Shown piece by piece: positions 27,731 through 37,182 of a stretch of 64,000 nucleotides of DNA. The stretch comes from Deltaproteobacteria bacterium (GTDB taxonomy: Bacteria > Myxococcota_A > Polyangia > Polyangiales > Houyiibacteriaceae), in assembly GCA_034670305.1 (NCBI GenBank), contig JAXMNT010000026.1:32001-96000 (forward strand). Reading direction: 5' to 3'. Numbering within the stretch: position 1 is the first letter of the stretch; each line of letters begins with the position of its first letter. A model generated the notes under the pieces. It had not been told where the DNA came from. It did not search any database and saw only the letters and a program-made list of their open reading frames with translations. Position numbers and translations under genes: made by a program.

Positions 27731-29565
27731 GCAAGAAGCGGAAGAAGAAGAAAAAGAAGAAGCAGTCGTCCATTCCGGCTGCGTCTTCCACGAAGCGCAG
27801 CGAACCGGCCATCGGCGAAGCCTTTCGGCCCAAGCAGCCCGATCACGCACCGGCCGCGCCGCGGGTGAAACGACGCGCTCCCCGACAGGGTTGGGGCGGC
27901 TTCTGGTACGGCCCGGTCGATCCGGTCCGGCCGTGGCTGCTCTCGCGCCTGCTGCTGATGATGGTGGCGTTCGACTGTTGGCTCGATCTCGTACCGCACG
28001 GTGGCCGGTACGGGTTCAACGACTTCAACGTCGCGCACTTCCGGATCCTCGACGCCCTGCAGCCGGTGCCGAGCAGCGGGTTCTACGTCGGGACCATTCT
28101 GCTGACCGGCTTCGCGGCGTTCGTGATGGCGCTGTCCAAACCCAACCGCCTGGGTCTCGCGGCGGTGTTCGGGCTCTACACCTACGCGTGGATGATGAGC
28201 ATGCTGGACAGCTACCAGCACCACTACCTCATCTCGCTGTTGCTCTTCGCGCTCATCTTCTTTCCGCGAGTCGCGGCGGCCGATGTCTTTCCGCGCTCCA
28301 AGGGGCGCACGCCCCCGAGCGCGGTGATCGGCGGCGCGCTCTTCGGGTACGGCGTCTACGAAACGGTGGTCGGGGTGTGCGGCGGCCCGACGCCGCTTGG
28401 GCTCTTCGGACCCGGCGCCGCGGTGGGCACCCCGGCGTGGATCTGGATGGTGCGGGTTGCGATGGCACTCGGCGGCGGCCTGCTCGCGTTTCTTCCCGAG
28501 AAGAAACCCGACGTGCTCGACCCGAAGAAGCTGAAAGCGACCGCACCGAAACGGAAGTTCCCCGAGATCAGCGCGTGGGGCTACGTCCTGCTCGGCGTGA
28601 CCTGCGCGATCGTCTACTTCTACACCGCGGTCGGCAAACTCAGCCCAGACTGGCGCGATGGACACGCGCTCCAGCGCCTCGGCCGCAGCGAACACCTCAG
28701 CGCACTCTTGAACACCGCGACCACCGAGGGCCTCCCCCTCTTCGGGGTGATGGAACCGGCGTCGTTCTGGAAGTGGATGGCGGCCGGCGCGATCTTGGTC
28801 CAGTTCGTCACCTGCGCCGGCTACATCGCGGGGTCCCGCTACGAGGTCCTGCCGCGCTGGGGCCGGTGGGCACTGGCCGTCGCACTCGGCGCACCGATCT
28901 CGTTTCACATCGGCGCCGAGCTCGGTCTGAGCCTCGACATCGGCTGGTTCAGTTTCTACATGATCCTCGTCCCGCTCGTGTTCTTCCTCCCCGCGGTGGT
29001 GCTGCGTCGGGTGAGCGAAGGCGCAGCGCTCGCCTCGGGGTGGGTCCAGTCGAAGTGGCCCGCCTCCCTTCCGACGAGCACGACCGCGATGGTGACCGCG
29101 GTGGCCGGCATCGGCGTGGCGCTCTTCGTCGGCATGCGGATCGACCTGCCGGGCGCCCACATGGCGCTGACGATCGGCGCGATGTGCGTCGCGGCCGCGG
29201 CCATCAACGGCGTGCGTCTGAGGCGCGCACCCGAGGCGCTCTCGTGGGCGGCGGGCAGCGTGCTCGCGCTCATCTTCTGTTGGGGGTCGATCGCCCAGAG
29301 CGAAGCGCGTTTCGACTTCTACCGATTCGTCGGCGGCGAGTACCGCCGCCACGGCGAACCCGAGCGCGCGCTCGACGCCTACGTGAAAGCGAACCGGTAC
29401 GTCGTCTCGCCGTGGTGTCTCTACCGCGGGCGCGATCTGGTCGAGTGTTACCGGGACGAGACGTACGCGGGTGAGGTCGCCGCAGGGCTCGAGGGCGTGC
29501 GGGTGGAGCGGCGCGATCGCCAGCGTCAGGAAGACGAGATGCGCGCGCTCGTCGGTGCCGAGTGA
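27727..29565 (+). CDS. HTTM-domain protein (vitamin K-dependent gamma-carboxylase-like)
   Basis: YQHHYYL, VYFYTAVGKLSPDW..G, FH....L.IGWFS..M; many TM helices; TPR-like C-terminus. Confidence 0.8.
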   Translation: MSKKRKKKKKKKQSSIPAASSTKRSEPAIGEAFRPKQPDHAPAAPRVKRRAPRQGWGGFWYGPVDPVRPWLLSRLLLMMVAFDCWLDLVPHGGRYGFNDFNVAHFRILDALQPVPSSGFYVGTILLTGFAAFVMALSKPNRLGLAAVFGLYTYAWMMSMLDSYQHHYLISLLLFALIFFPRVAAADVFPRSKGRTPPSAVIGGALFGYGVYETVVGVCGGPTPLGLFGPGAAVGTPAWIWMVRVAMALGGGLLAFLPEKKPDVLDPKKLKATAPKRKFPEISAWGYVLLGVTCAIVYFYTAVGKLSPDWRDGHALQRLGRSEHLSALLNTATTEGLPLFGVMEPASFWKWMAAGAILVQFVTCAGYIAGSRYEVLPRWGRWALAVALGAPISFHIGAELGLSLDIGWFSFYMILVPLVFFLPAVVLRRVSEGAALASGWVQSKWPASLPTSTTAMVTAVAGIGVALFVGMRIDLPGAHMALTIGAMCVAAAAINGVRLRRAPEALSWAAGSVLALIFCWGSIAQSEARFDFYRFVGGEYRRHGEPERALDAYVKANRYVVSPWCLYRGRDLVECYRDETYAGEVAAGLEGVRVERRDRQRQEDEMRALVGAE

Positions 29566-30788
29566 CGCCGGGGACGCCGAGTGGGGTCGCGCTCGTCGGG
29601 GATCAATGGATCCTGCCAGGCATCGCCACCGCGCACTCGCACGCGTTCCAACGGGCGCTGCGAGGTCGTACGCAATCGGTGAACGCGTCGGCGACCCGCG
29701 ACTTCTGGTCGTGGCGGGGATTGATGTACCAGCTCGCTGGGCGGCTCGATCCGGACTCGATCTACGACTTGAGCCGGTTCGCGTTCGCGGAACTCGCCCG
29801 CCACGGCGTCACCGCGGTCGGTGAGTTCCACTACGTGCAGCACGACCCGAAGGGCCAGCCCTACGCCGACCGCATCGCGATGGCGGACGCGGTGGTTCGG
29901 GCGGCGCGGGACGTCGGGTTGCGGATCACCTTGCTGCGCGTGCTCTATCAACGCGGCGGGTTCGGACGCGGCCTCGACGAGGTCCAGCGGCGGTTCTCGG
30001 ATCCGGAGGTCGGGCACGCGCTCGCCGACGCCGACGCGATCGCGGCCCGGTTCGAGTCGGACGAAGGTGTGCGGGTCGGGCTCGCCCCCCACAGCGTCCG
30101 AGCGGCGGGTTCGGAATGGCTCGAGGCCGCGCGCGATCACTGCGAAGCGCGTGGATGGCCGCTGCACATGCACGTGTCGGAGCAGCCGCGGGAGAACCAG
30201 GAGTGTCTTGCCGAGCATGGGCTGACGCCGGTCGGTCTGCTCGAGCGACTCGGTCTGCTCTCGGAACGGTTCGTCGCTGTCCACGCCACCCACCTGCGCC
30301 GGAGCGACGTCGCATCCCTGGCCTCGAGCGGTGCGACGGCGTGCATCTGCCGAACGACCGAGCGCGACCTCGGAGACGGAGCGCCGGATCTGTCGGCGCT
30401 GGTGCGCGCTGGGGTGAAGCTCAGCGTGGGCGTCGACAGCCACGCGCAGAGCGATCCCTTCGAGGAGCTTCGCGCGGTCGAGCTCGACGAACGCACCCGA
30501 CTCGGACAGCGGCAGGTGGCCCTGGATGGCCCCGCGTTGCTGGAGGCGGGGTCGACGTCCGGGTACGCCTGCATCGGCCAGGCCCTCCAGGGCGACCGGA
30601 TCTGGCTCGACGCCAACGACTTCTCGCTCGGGGGCGATGCCGGCGTGGATGGCATCGTGTTTGGAGCGAACGGGCGCGCCGTGCAGCGAAGCCGGGTGCT
30701 CGGCGCAGACGTCGTGATGGACGGCCGGGTGCCCCACCAAGACGCGATCACCGCCGCCTTTCGATCCGCGGTCGCGCGGCTCTCGTAG
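29562..30788 (+). CDS. hutF: Formimidoylglutamate deiminase
   Basis: PG..AHSHAFQRALRG, DFWSWR..MY, GEFHY, APHSVRA, HMHVSEQ, TTERDLGDG, VDSH. Confidence 0.85.
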   Translation: MTPGTPSGVALVGDQWILPGIATAHSHAFQRALRGRTQSVNASATRDFWSWRGLMYQLAGRLDPDSIYDLSRFAFAELARHGVTAVGEFHYVQHDPKGQPYADRIAMADAVVRAARDVGLRITLLRVLYQRGGFGRGLDEVQRRFSDPEVGHALADADAIAARFESDEGVRVGLAPHSVRAAGSEWLEAARDHCEARGWPLHMHVSEQPRENQECLAEHGLTPVGLLERLGLLSERFVAVHATHLRRSDVASLASSGATACICRTTERDLGDGAPDLSALVRAGVKLSVGVDSHAQSDPFEELRAVELDERTRLGQRQVALDGPALLEAGSTSGYACIGQALQGDRIWLDANDFSLGGDAGVDGIVFGANGRAVQRSRVLGADVVMDGRVPHQDAITAAFRSAVARLS

Positions 30789-30826
30789 GATCTGAAACGC
30801 GCGGCGCCGTCGCACGTAGACTCTTC

Positions 30827-31522
30827 ATGGTGGACTCGAAGCAACGCGACACTCGGCGAACCTTCATCCGGCGGGCCGCCGCAGGCACCGCGATCGCGGC
30901 GCTGGGTGGTTGGTACATGCTGGACGACGAGCTCACCGCAGAGGCGCGTGCGCAGGTCCGGCCGGATGGACGGCCGCGGCTGCCGCCTGGGCAGCGGGTC
31001 CTCTCCGAGCTGCGGGAGATGGGCGGCCAGATGGGTTCGGCGTCGCTCTCGGAGCTGCGGATCCGGGTGCATGGAGAAGTCGAGGCGCCGCTCCTCCTCA
31101 CGTTCCGGGAGCTGCTCGAGTTGCCGCAGACCGAGCGCGCGCTCGACGTGCACTGTGTGACCGGCTGGAGCGTGCTGGGAGCCCGGTTCGAAGGGGTCAC
31201 CCTGACGGAGTTGGCCCGGCGGGTCCGGGTGAAGTCCTCGGCGCGGCATGTCGTGTTTGAAGCCGCGCATGGCTACACCGCCAATGTGCCGCTCCGAGAG
31301 GCGATGCGGGACGAGGTGATGGTCGCGCACCGAATCGGCGGCCGGCGCTTGCCCCGCGCGAACGGTGGGCCGGTGCGCGGGGTGGTGCCGAACCTGTACT
31401 TCTGGAAGAGCGCGAAGTGGCTGACCGGCATCCGGTTCTCGCGCCGCGATGTCCCCGGCTACTGGGAGGTGCGCGGCTACCACAACGTCGGCGACCCGTG
31501 GCGCGAGCAACGCTACGGATGA
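30827..31522 (+). CDS. Tat-exported molybdopterin oxidoreductase (sulfite-oxidase family, MsrP/YuiH-like)
   Basis: TRRTFI twin-arginine signal; RLPPGQ, DVHCVTGWS, YFWKSAKW, GYWE.RGYH..GDPW.EQRY. Confidence 0.85.
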   Translation: MVDSKQRDTRRTFIRRAAAGTAIAALGGWYMLDDELTAEARAQVRPDGRPRLPPGQRVLSELREMGGQMGSASLSELRIRVHGEVEAPLLLTFRELLELPQTERALDVHCVTGWSVLGARFEGVTLTELARRVRVKSSARHVVFEAAHGYTANVPLREAMRDEVMVAHRIGGRRLPRANGGPVRGVVPNLYFWKSAKWLTGIRFSRRDVPGYWEVRGYHNVGDPWREQRYG

Positions 31523-32187
31523 CGGGGCGGGACAACCTGGACTCCGCCGCTCGGCAAGACGGCCCCGAAGACGGTTCGCTTCCCCCAGACGGCGCAACCG
31601 ATGAAGGCAGCTCCGAGAAGTCGGCCGCGAAGAAACGGGGCGCCGCGCTTCGCCGAACCTTGCGCGCGCTCCACCGGGACGCGGGCTACCTCGTCGTCGG
31701 CCTGACGTTCGTCTACGCGCTCAGCGGCATCGCCGTGAACCACGTCGAGGACTGGGACCCGAGCTTCGCGCATTTCGAACACACCCATCAGGTCACCCTG
31801 CCAGCGGGCGCGGACCAGGACGCGACCGTGGCCGCAGTGCTCAGCGCCCTCGAGATCGAGGAGATCCCGGTCGAGGTCTACGAAGCATCAGAGACCGAGC
31901 TCGACGTGGTCCTCGACCGCCGGACGTTGCACGTGGATCTGCGGAGCGGCGAAGTCTTCGAAGAAGGCCAAGAGCCCCGCTTCCTGCTGAGGGCCGCCAA
32001 CTGGCTGCACCTCAACCGGGGCAAAGCCGCGTGGACCTACGTCGCGGACGGCTTCGCGGTCCTGCTCTTGTTTCTGGCGACCAGCGGCCTGTTCATGCTG
32101 CCTGGCCGCAAAGGCCTGCTCGGTCGGGGCGGCATACTGGTGCTCATCGGTGCAGCGGTCCCCGTCCTCTACGTCCTCCTGAGCTGA
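31519..32187 (+). CDS. PepSY-associated TM helix protein
   Basis: R.LHRD.GY, YALSGI..NH, N.LH.N, L..SGLFM; ATGA overlap. Confidence 0.8.
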   Translation: MTGRDNLDSAARQDGPEDGSLPPDGATDEGSSEKSAAKKRGAALRRTLRALHRDAGYLVVGLTFVYALSGIAVNHVEDWDPSFAHFEHTHQVTLPAGADQDATVAAVLSALEIEEIPVEVYEASETELDVVLDRRTLHVDLRSGEVFEEGQEPRFLLRAANWLHLNRGKAAWTYVADGFAVLLLFLATSGLFMLPGRKGLLGRGGILVLIGAAVPVLYVLLS

Positions 32188-32351
32188 CCCAATCGGGGGC
32201 GAGCCTTCGGGGCGACAGCGTCGAGAACTCTACCGAGGGCATGTCTCAACCCGCTGAGCGGGGACTTGGATCGGTGTGCACGCCGATGGGGCGAGCGTTC
32301 GCTCCGAGGGACTGCGGGTTGCTCGGCGGAGGCGGGGTGCCAAGGTGGCGC

Positions 32352-33704
32352 ATGAGCTGGTCGGTCGACAGTTGGCGGCAAAAGAACGTCGCGCAGGCGA
32401 TTCCCTACGAGGACGAGGCGGAGCTCGCAGAGGCCGTCGCGGCGCTGCGGCAACTGCCGCCGCTCGTGACGAGCTTCGAGATCGAGAAGCTCAAGTCGCT
32501 CATCGCCGATGCCCAAGCCGGCAAGCGGTTCGTGCTGCAAGGCGGCGACTGCGCGGAGAGTCTGAGCGACTGCCGACCGGGGCCCATCGCGGCGAAGCTC
32601 AAGATCTTGCTCCAGATGAGCATGGTGCTGATTCACGGCGGAGAGCGTTCCGTCGTGCGCATCGGGCGGTTCGCGGGCCAGTACGCCAAACCCCGTTCCA
32701 AACCCTACGAGACGATTGGCGACGTCACGCTCCCGAACTACTTCGGGGATCTGGTCAACCGCCCGGAGTTCACGCCCGAGGCGCGCCGCGCCGATCCGAG
32801 CCTGCTCATCGATGGCTACAAACACGCCGCGATGACCCTCAACTTCATCCGCTCCCTGACCGACAGCGGCTTCGCGGACCTGCACCACCCGGAGTACTGG
32901 GATCTGTCCTTCATGGAGAGCGCGACCCTCTCCGCCTCCCTGCGCGACGCCTACCAGCGCACCGTCGACTCCGTCTCGTCCTCGTTGCGCTTCGTGCAGT
33001 CGCTCGGCGATGGCGCGGCCAGCGAACTGCAGCGGGTCGAGTTCTTCACGAGCCACGAAGGGCTCAACCTGCACTACGAGTCCGCGCTCACCCAGACCGT
33101 GCCCCGCCGCGCCGGTCACTACGATCTGAGCGCCCACCTGCCGTGGATCGGCGAACGCACCCGCACCCTCGACGGCGCGCACATCGAGTTCTTCCGCGGC
33201 ATCCAGAACCCGATCGGCGTCAAGGTCGGACCGACCGCGACCGGCGCCGACGTGCTCGCACTCCTCGACGTGCTCAACCCGGACGACGAGCCCGGCAAGA
33301 TCGTGCTCATCACCCGGATGGGCGCGAAGAAGATCCGCGAAGCCCTCCCGCCGATCCTCGAAGCGGTCCACGCCACCGGGCGCCCGGTGCTCTGGATCTG
33401 CGACCCGATGCACGGCAACACCCACGAGACGAGCTCCGGCCGCAAGACCCGAAACTTCGAAGCGATCCTCGCGGAGCTCGAAGGCTGCGTGGCGGCGCAC
33501 GCCCAAGTCGGCACCTACTTCGGCGGCGTGCACTTCGAGCTCACGGGCGACGACGTGACCGAGTGCATGGGCGGCGCGGAAGGCCTCACCGAAGAGGACC
33601 TCGAGCGCAACTACACCACCCTGTGCGATCCGCGCCTCAACTACCGCCAAGCGCTCGAGCTCACTTTCCGCATCAGCCAACTCTGGTCCAGCACCCGCCG
33701 CTGA
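32352..33704 (+). CDS. Class II DAHP synthase (3-deoxy-7-phosphoheptulonate synthase)
   Basis: LQGGDCAE, GR.AGQYAKPRS, WIGERTR, CDPMHGN, CDPRLN. Confidence 0.95.
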   Translation: MSWSVDSWRQKNVAQAIPYEDEAELAEAVAALRQLPPLVTSFEIEKLKSLIADAQAGKRFVLQGGDCAESLSDCRPGPIAAKLKILLQMSMVLIHGGERSVVRIGRFAGQYAKPRSKPYETIGDVTLPNYFGDLVNRPEFTPEARRADPSLLIDGYKHAAMTLNFIRSLTDSGFADLHHPEYWDLSFMESATLSASLRDAYQRTVDSVSSSLRFVQSLGDGAASELQRVEFFTSHEGLNLHYESALTQTVPRRAGHYDLSAHLPWIGERTRTLDGAHIEFFRGIQNPIGVKVGPTATGADVLALLDVLNPDDEPGKIVLITRMGAKKIREALPPILEAVHATGRPVLWICDPMHGNTHETSSGRKTRNFEAILAELEGCVAAHAQVGTYFGGVHFELTGDDVTECMGGAEGLTEEDLERNYTTLCDPRLNYRQALELTFRISQLWSSTRR

Positions 33705-33764
33705 CCGAGCGCCGAAAAGGCCAAGCTCAAGTGCTCTGCGCAGCCCGACAACGGTCAGCGCAAG

Positions 33765-33838
33765 TGGTCGGACCAATGTGAGCACACGCATGCTTCGGCG
33801 TTGCCATTCTACATTGGTCGGACCAATATGTCAGACAT
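33765..33838. promoter_or_regulatory. FadR-subfamily operator palindromes
   Basis: TGGTC-G-GACCA at 33765-33775, ATTGGTC-G-GACCAAT at 33813-33827, and related ATGTC-A-GACAT at 33828-33838, all directly upstream of or at the start of the GntR gene. Confidence 0.8.
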
Positions 33839-34616
33839 GCCGACGCCGTCCAAGGACCGACTTCCGCTCGTCGAACAATGCACCCAACGTCTTCGGCGGG
33901 CGGTGCTCGACGGGACCTACCCGCCCGAGACCCGGCTCCCTTCCGAACGCACCCTGTCCGAACAGCTCGGGCTCAACCGGGTCACCGTCCGCAGCGCGAT
34001 GACCCACCTCGTCGCGGGCGGACTGCTCGAGGCGCGGGTGGGAAGCGGCTACTGGGTGAAGGACTTCCGGCGCTTCGGCGGGCTCGATCTGCTGCCGGTG
34101 CTCGTCGAGTTCGAGGACCCCGTGCCGCTCGCCCGCGACCTGCTTGCCATCCGCCGCCAGCTCGCCGCGATGGTGCTCGAACAAGTGCGGGCGGTGGCCG
34201 ACGAAGCCGGCTCCGAGTTCGAGAAGGCGGACCGGCTCTACTACCTCGAGGACGCGATCGCGCACCTGGCCACCTTGGTCGACGAAGGCGCAACGCGGGC
34301 CGAGCTGGCGGACGCCGACCTCGAGGTCATCGCGCGCCTGGTCGAGATCACGGGCAGCCGCGCACTGCAGCTCTGCTTCAACCCACTCGCCCGCGTGGTC
34401 CACGACTTCCCCGCCCTGCGGGATGCGCTCTACGCGGAGCCGTCCAAGAACCTCGTGGCGTACAAGGCGTTGCTTCGCTGGATTCAGGGCGCGACCGACG
34501 CCGACCCGGCCGCGCTGTTGAAGGCGATGGCGGCTCGGGACCGGGCGACAGTGACCGCACTCGAGCGCTCCCAGAAACGCATGTCCGGGCGCACGTCCCC
34601 GAAGAGGCCCTCATGA
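33828..34616 (+). CDS. GntR/FadR family transcriptional regulator
   Basis: G.YPP..RLPSER.LSEQLGLNRVTVR.A..L...GL....GSG..V; start at 33828 or 33837. Confidence 0.9.
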   Translation: MSDMPTPSKDRLPLVEQCTQRLRRAVLDGTYPPETRLPSERTLSEQLGLNRVTVRSAMTHLVAGGLLEARVGSGYWVKDFRRFGGLDLLPVLVEFEDPVPLARDLLAIRRQLAAMVLEQVRAVADEAGSEFEKADRLYYLEDAIAHLATLVDEGATRAELADADLEVIARLVEITGSRALQLCFNPLARVVHDFPALRDALYAEPSKNLVAYKALLRWIQGATDADPAALLKAMAARDRATVTALERSQKRMSGRTSPKRPS

Positions 34617-35365
34617 GTACCGCATCGCCAGCACACCCTCAGCCACACCCAGCCGCTCGCCCCACGCCATCTTCGCGGAGAACCCCCATTCCGGCGCACG
34701 CGCTCGGGCTGCTGTTCCCCCGAGCCATCGCGGAGAACCTGGAGCGACTTCGCCAGTCGGGCATGCTCGCACCCGACGAGGTCCCGAACCTCTGGCAGGT
34801 CCAGCTCGGGGTCGCCCGCATGTGGCACCGCGTCTTCTTCCGGCCTGAGAGCATCGGCACCTGCACCGACTTCGAACCCCGCCGCACCTGGCGGGCGCGC
34901 TTGCTCGAGAAGCGCGCGCTGCGGTTCCCGTTCTTGCTGCGCGAGCGCGCGGTGCATCCGCTCGACTTCTCGGGACTCGCCTCGTCGCCCTCGCGCATCG
35001 TCCGGCACCTGCTCGGCGCGCACCACGACGGGGTGCAGTTCGCGTACGACCTCGAGATCCTGTCGATGTCGCCCGAACACCTCGACGCGCTCGAAACCGA
35101 AGCGCGGCAGGTGGTCGACGGAAGCCATCCGCGGGGCGAGTGGCTCAGAGATCTGGTCGTCTACGAGCGCTACCACGAGCACCTGCTCGCGGCGGTCGAG
35201 CAGTTCCGGGCCGACGCCCTCGAGGTGCCCGAACACCAGCAGGACGACCCCGACATCCTCTTCCGCGCCTACATGCGCTGGTGTGCGCGCCAGCCCGCGA
35301 CCCCGGCCGCCACCTGGCGCGCCTTCCGCGCGGGCACCTTCCGCCTGCCTGGGGGCGCGACCTGA
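34613..35365 (+). CDS. Hypothetical protein coupled to the GntR gene
   Basis: ATGA overlap and coding-like codon usage; no family recognised. Confidence 0.7.
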   Translation: MSTASPAHPQPHPAARPTPSSRRTPIPAHALGLLFPRAIAENLERLRQSGMLAPDEVPNLWQVQLGVARMWHRVFFRPESIGTCTDFEPRRTWRARLLEKRALRFPFLLRERAVHPLDFSGLASSPSRIVRHLLGAHHDGVQFAYDLEILSMSPEHLDALETEARQVVDGSHPRGEWLRDLVVYERYHEHLLAAVEQFRADALEVPEHQQDDPDILFRAYMRWCARQPATPAATWRAFRAGTFRLPGGAT

Positions 35366-35387
35366 CGACAGCGACGCCCGAGTTCGT

Positions 35388-37160
35388 TCAGGGCGCCAGC
35401 ACGCGGACGGCGCGGTGCAGTCGGTCGTCTCGCCCGTCGCTGCCGAAGTAGACCATCTCTACCTGCGCGTCGGAGGCCATGGCCGCCGCGTGCCGCACCC
35501 CGAGTTGCTCCGAGCCGCGCCCCTCGGGCGCCAAGATCTCGTCGTCGACCAGCCGCCAGTGAAGGAACTCCGCCGACGAGAAGAGCGCGATCTGTTCGCG
35601 CGTCCCGTGCCGCACCGTCACCGCGAGTTGGTAGGCGGCCTGGACCACCTGCAGCGACGGGGCGCTCACTCCGTCGCCCCGAAGTAGACCGGTCGGAACG
35701 GTGCTCCACCGCGTCCAGAGCAGTCCGTTCTCCGACGCGTACGCGACCAGATCCGCGCCATCCATGGCGACCATCGCGAACCGGTAGGCGTGACTCTCCG
35801 CCGCGATGGACACCACGCTGACCTCACGAAGCGAGGCTCCGTCCGCCAAGCTGATGCCCATCGGTGCGATGAAACGCGCGCCGTCGAAGGTCCATCGGTG
35901 GATCCCCGCCGGGCTCCGGGCGTAGAGCATGAGCGTGCCGTCCGAGAGCACCAAGGAGGGTTCGACAAGCGGTCCCCCGACGTCCGAGGTGTCCACGGCG
36001 TCTTCGCCTCGCAGGACGAACCCACTCTCGGTGCCGCCCCGTTGGGCGAGCCGGATCCCGGTGCTGGTCTGGAGCGCGAGCTGCAGCGTGCCTGAGGCAT
36101 CCAGCGCGAGGGAGGGCTGTTGGCCGCCCTCGAGTTCCACCGCGGTGGGGTTCGAGGGCAAGCGGAACTCGACCAGCGTTCGGTCCCTCCACGCGCGCGG
36201 CATGTCACATCCCGAGGCCGTGATCTGGAGTTCGGAGAGGCGGGCCCCAACCGGTCCCGACCCGTCCGGGTTCTCGCTTCGTCCCCACACCGCGAGGTGC
36301 GCCGACGCGGGCGGAATGAAGGGCACCTCCTCCGACACTTCGGTCCCCAGGGTCACGGTCGCCGTTCCCGTGGGCGCCACGGTCAACGACCACGGTCCAG
36401 CGGGGTTGGTCAGGTCCGCGAGCGGGAACCTTCGGGCCACCCGGCCGTGCACGAGCAGAAGCACTTCGCGCGGGCTCAGCTCGAGGCCCACGAGCGCGTC
36501 GACGTGCGCGGTCGCACCGCTCGGCCGCGTCGTCGCCAGGCCCACCGCCGCACTCTCGAGACAGTCCGTGCACTCCGGCCGGCCGAACGAGACGTCGAAG
36601 TGCAACTGCTCGCGGCGCAGGTCGACCTCTCGACCGACGAGCCCGCTGTCGAACTCCGCGTCTCCGCCAAGCGCGAGTCCGCCGTGAAAGAACGGGGCCG
36701 GGGAGCCGAACTCGGTCCAGGCCCCAAGGGGCGCGCAGCTCGTGACCGGCGCCGCGCACCCGTCGAACGCGCCGGGCCCGAACGCGACCGGCGTGTCTTG
36801 CAGCACGCAGCAGTTGGTGGTGCCGACGCAGCAGCTCACGAGGTTCACGCAGCCGGTGTCGGCGCAATCGACCGCGCCCGAACCGTCGTTGTCGTCCCCG
36901 TCGTAACAGGTGTTGGTGGCGGTCGACGCATCGTCGCCTTCGCCGCCCGACGCGAAGAGCTCGCCCCGGACCGAATCCATCGGCGGAAGCCCTGGTTCGA
37001 GGTTCGGAAGGCCCGCGTCTTCAAAGAGGCCAGGTGCGTCGCCGCGCGGGCCGACGTCGCTCGCGGCCGCATCCGGCGCGGTGCCTGCGTCGACCGCGCC
37101 GATGACCGGCTCTCCGCACGAGATCACCGAGAGCACGAGCAGTGTCGCGAGCTTCATCAC
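35388..37160 (-). CDS. Lipoprotein paralog 4 (Cys/Asp motif + beta-sandwich + beta-propeller-like C-terminus)
   Basis: GAGG RBS, lipobox-like VISC, TCYDGDDNDGSGAVDCAD.GC..LVSCC. Confidence 0.75.
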   Translation of the reverse strand: MMKLATLLVLSVISCGEPVIGAVDAGTAPDAAASDVGPRGDAPGLFEDAGLPNLEPGLPPMDSVRGELFASGGEGDDASTATNTCYDGDDNDGSGAVDCADTGCVNLVSCCVGTTNCCVLQDTPVAFGPGAFDGCAAPVTSCAPLGAWTEFGSPAPFFHGGLALGGDAEFDSGLVGREVDLRREQLHFDVSFGRPECTDCLESAAVGLATTRPSGATAHVDALVGLELSPREVLLLVHGRVARRFPLADLTNPAGPWSLTVAPTGTATVTLGTEVSEEVPFIPPASAHLAVWGRSENPDGSGPVGARLSELQITASGCDMPRAWRDRTLVEFRLPSNPTAVELEGGQQPSLALDASGTLQLALQTSTGIRLAQRGGTESGFVLRGEDAVDTSDVGGPLVEPSLVLSDGTLMLYARSPAGIHRWTFDGARFIAPMGISLADGASLREVSVVSIAAESHAYRFAMVAMDGADLVAYASENGLLWTRWSTVPTGLLRGDGVSAPSLQVVQAAYQLAVTVRHGTREQIALFSSAEFLHWRLVDDEILAPEGRGSEQLGVRHAAAMASDAQVEMVYFGSDGRDDRLHRAVRVLAP

Positions 37161-37182
37161 GCCCCACCTCTGACCCTGGCGA

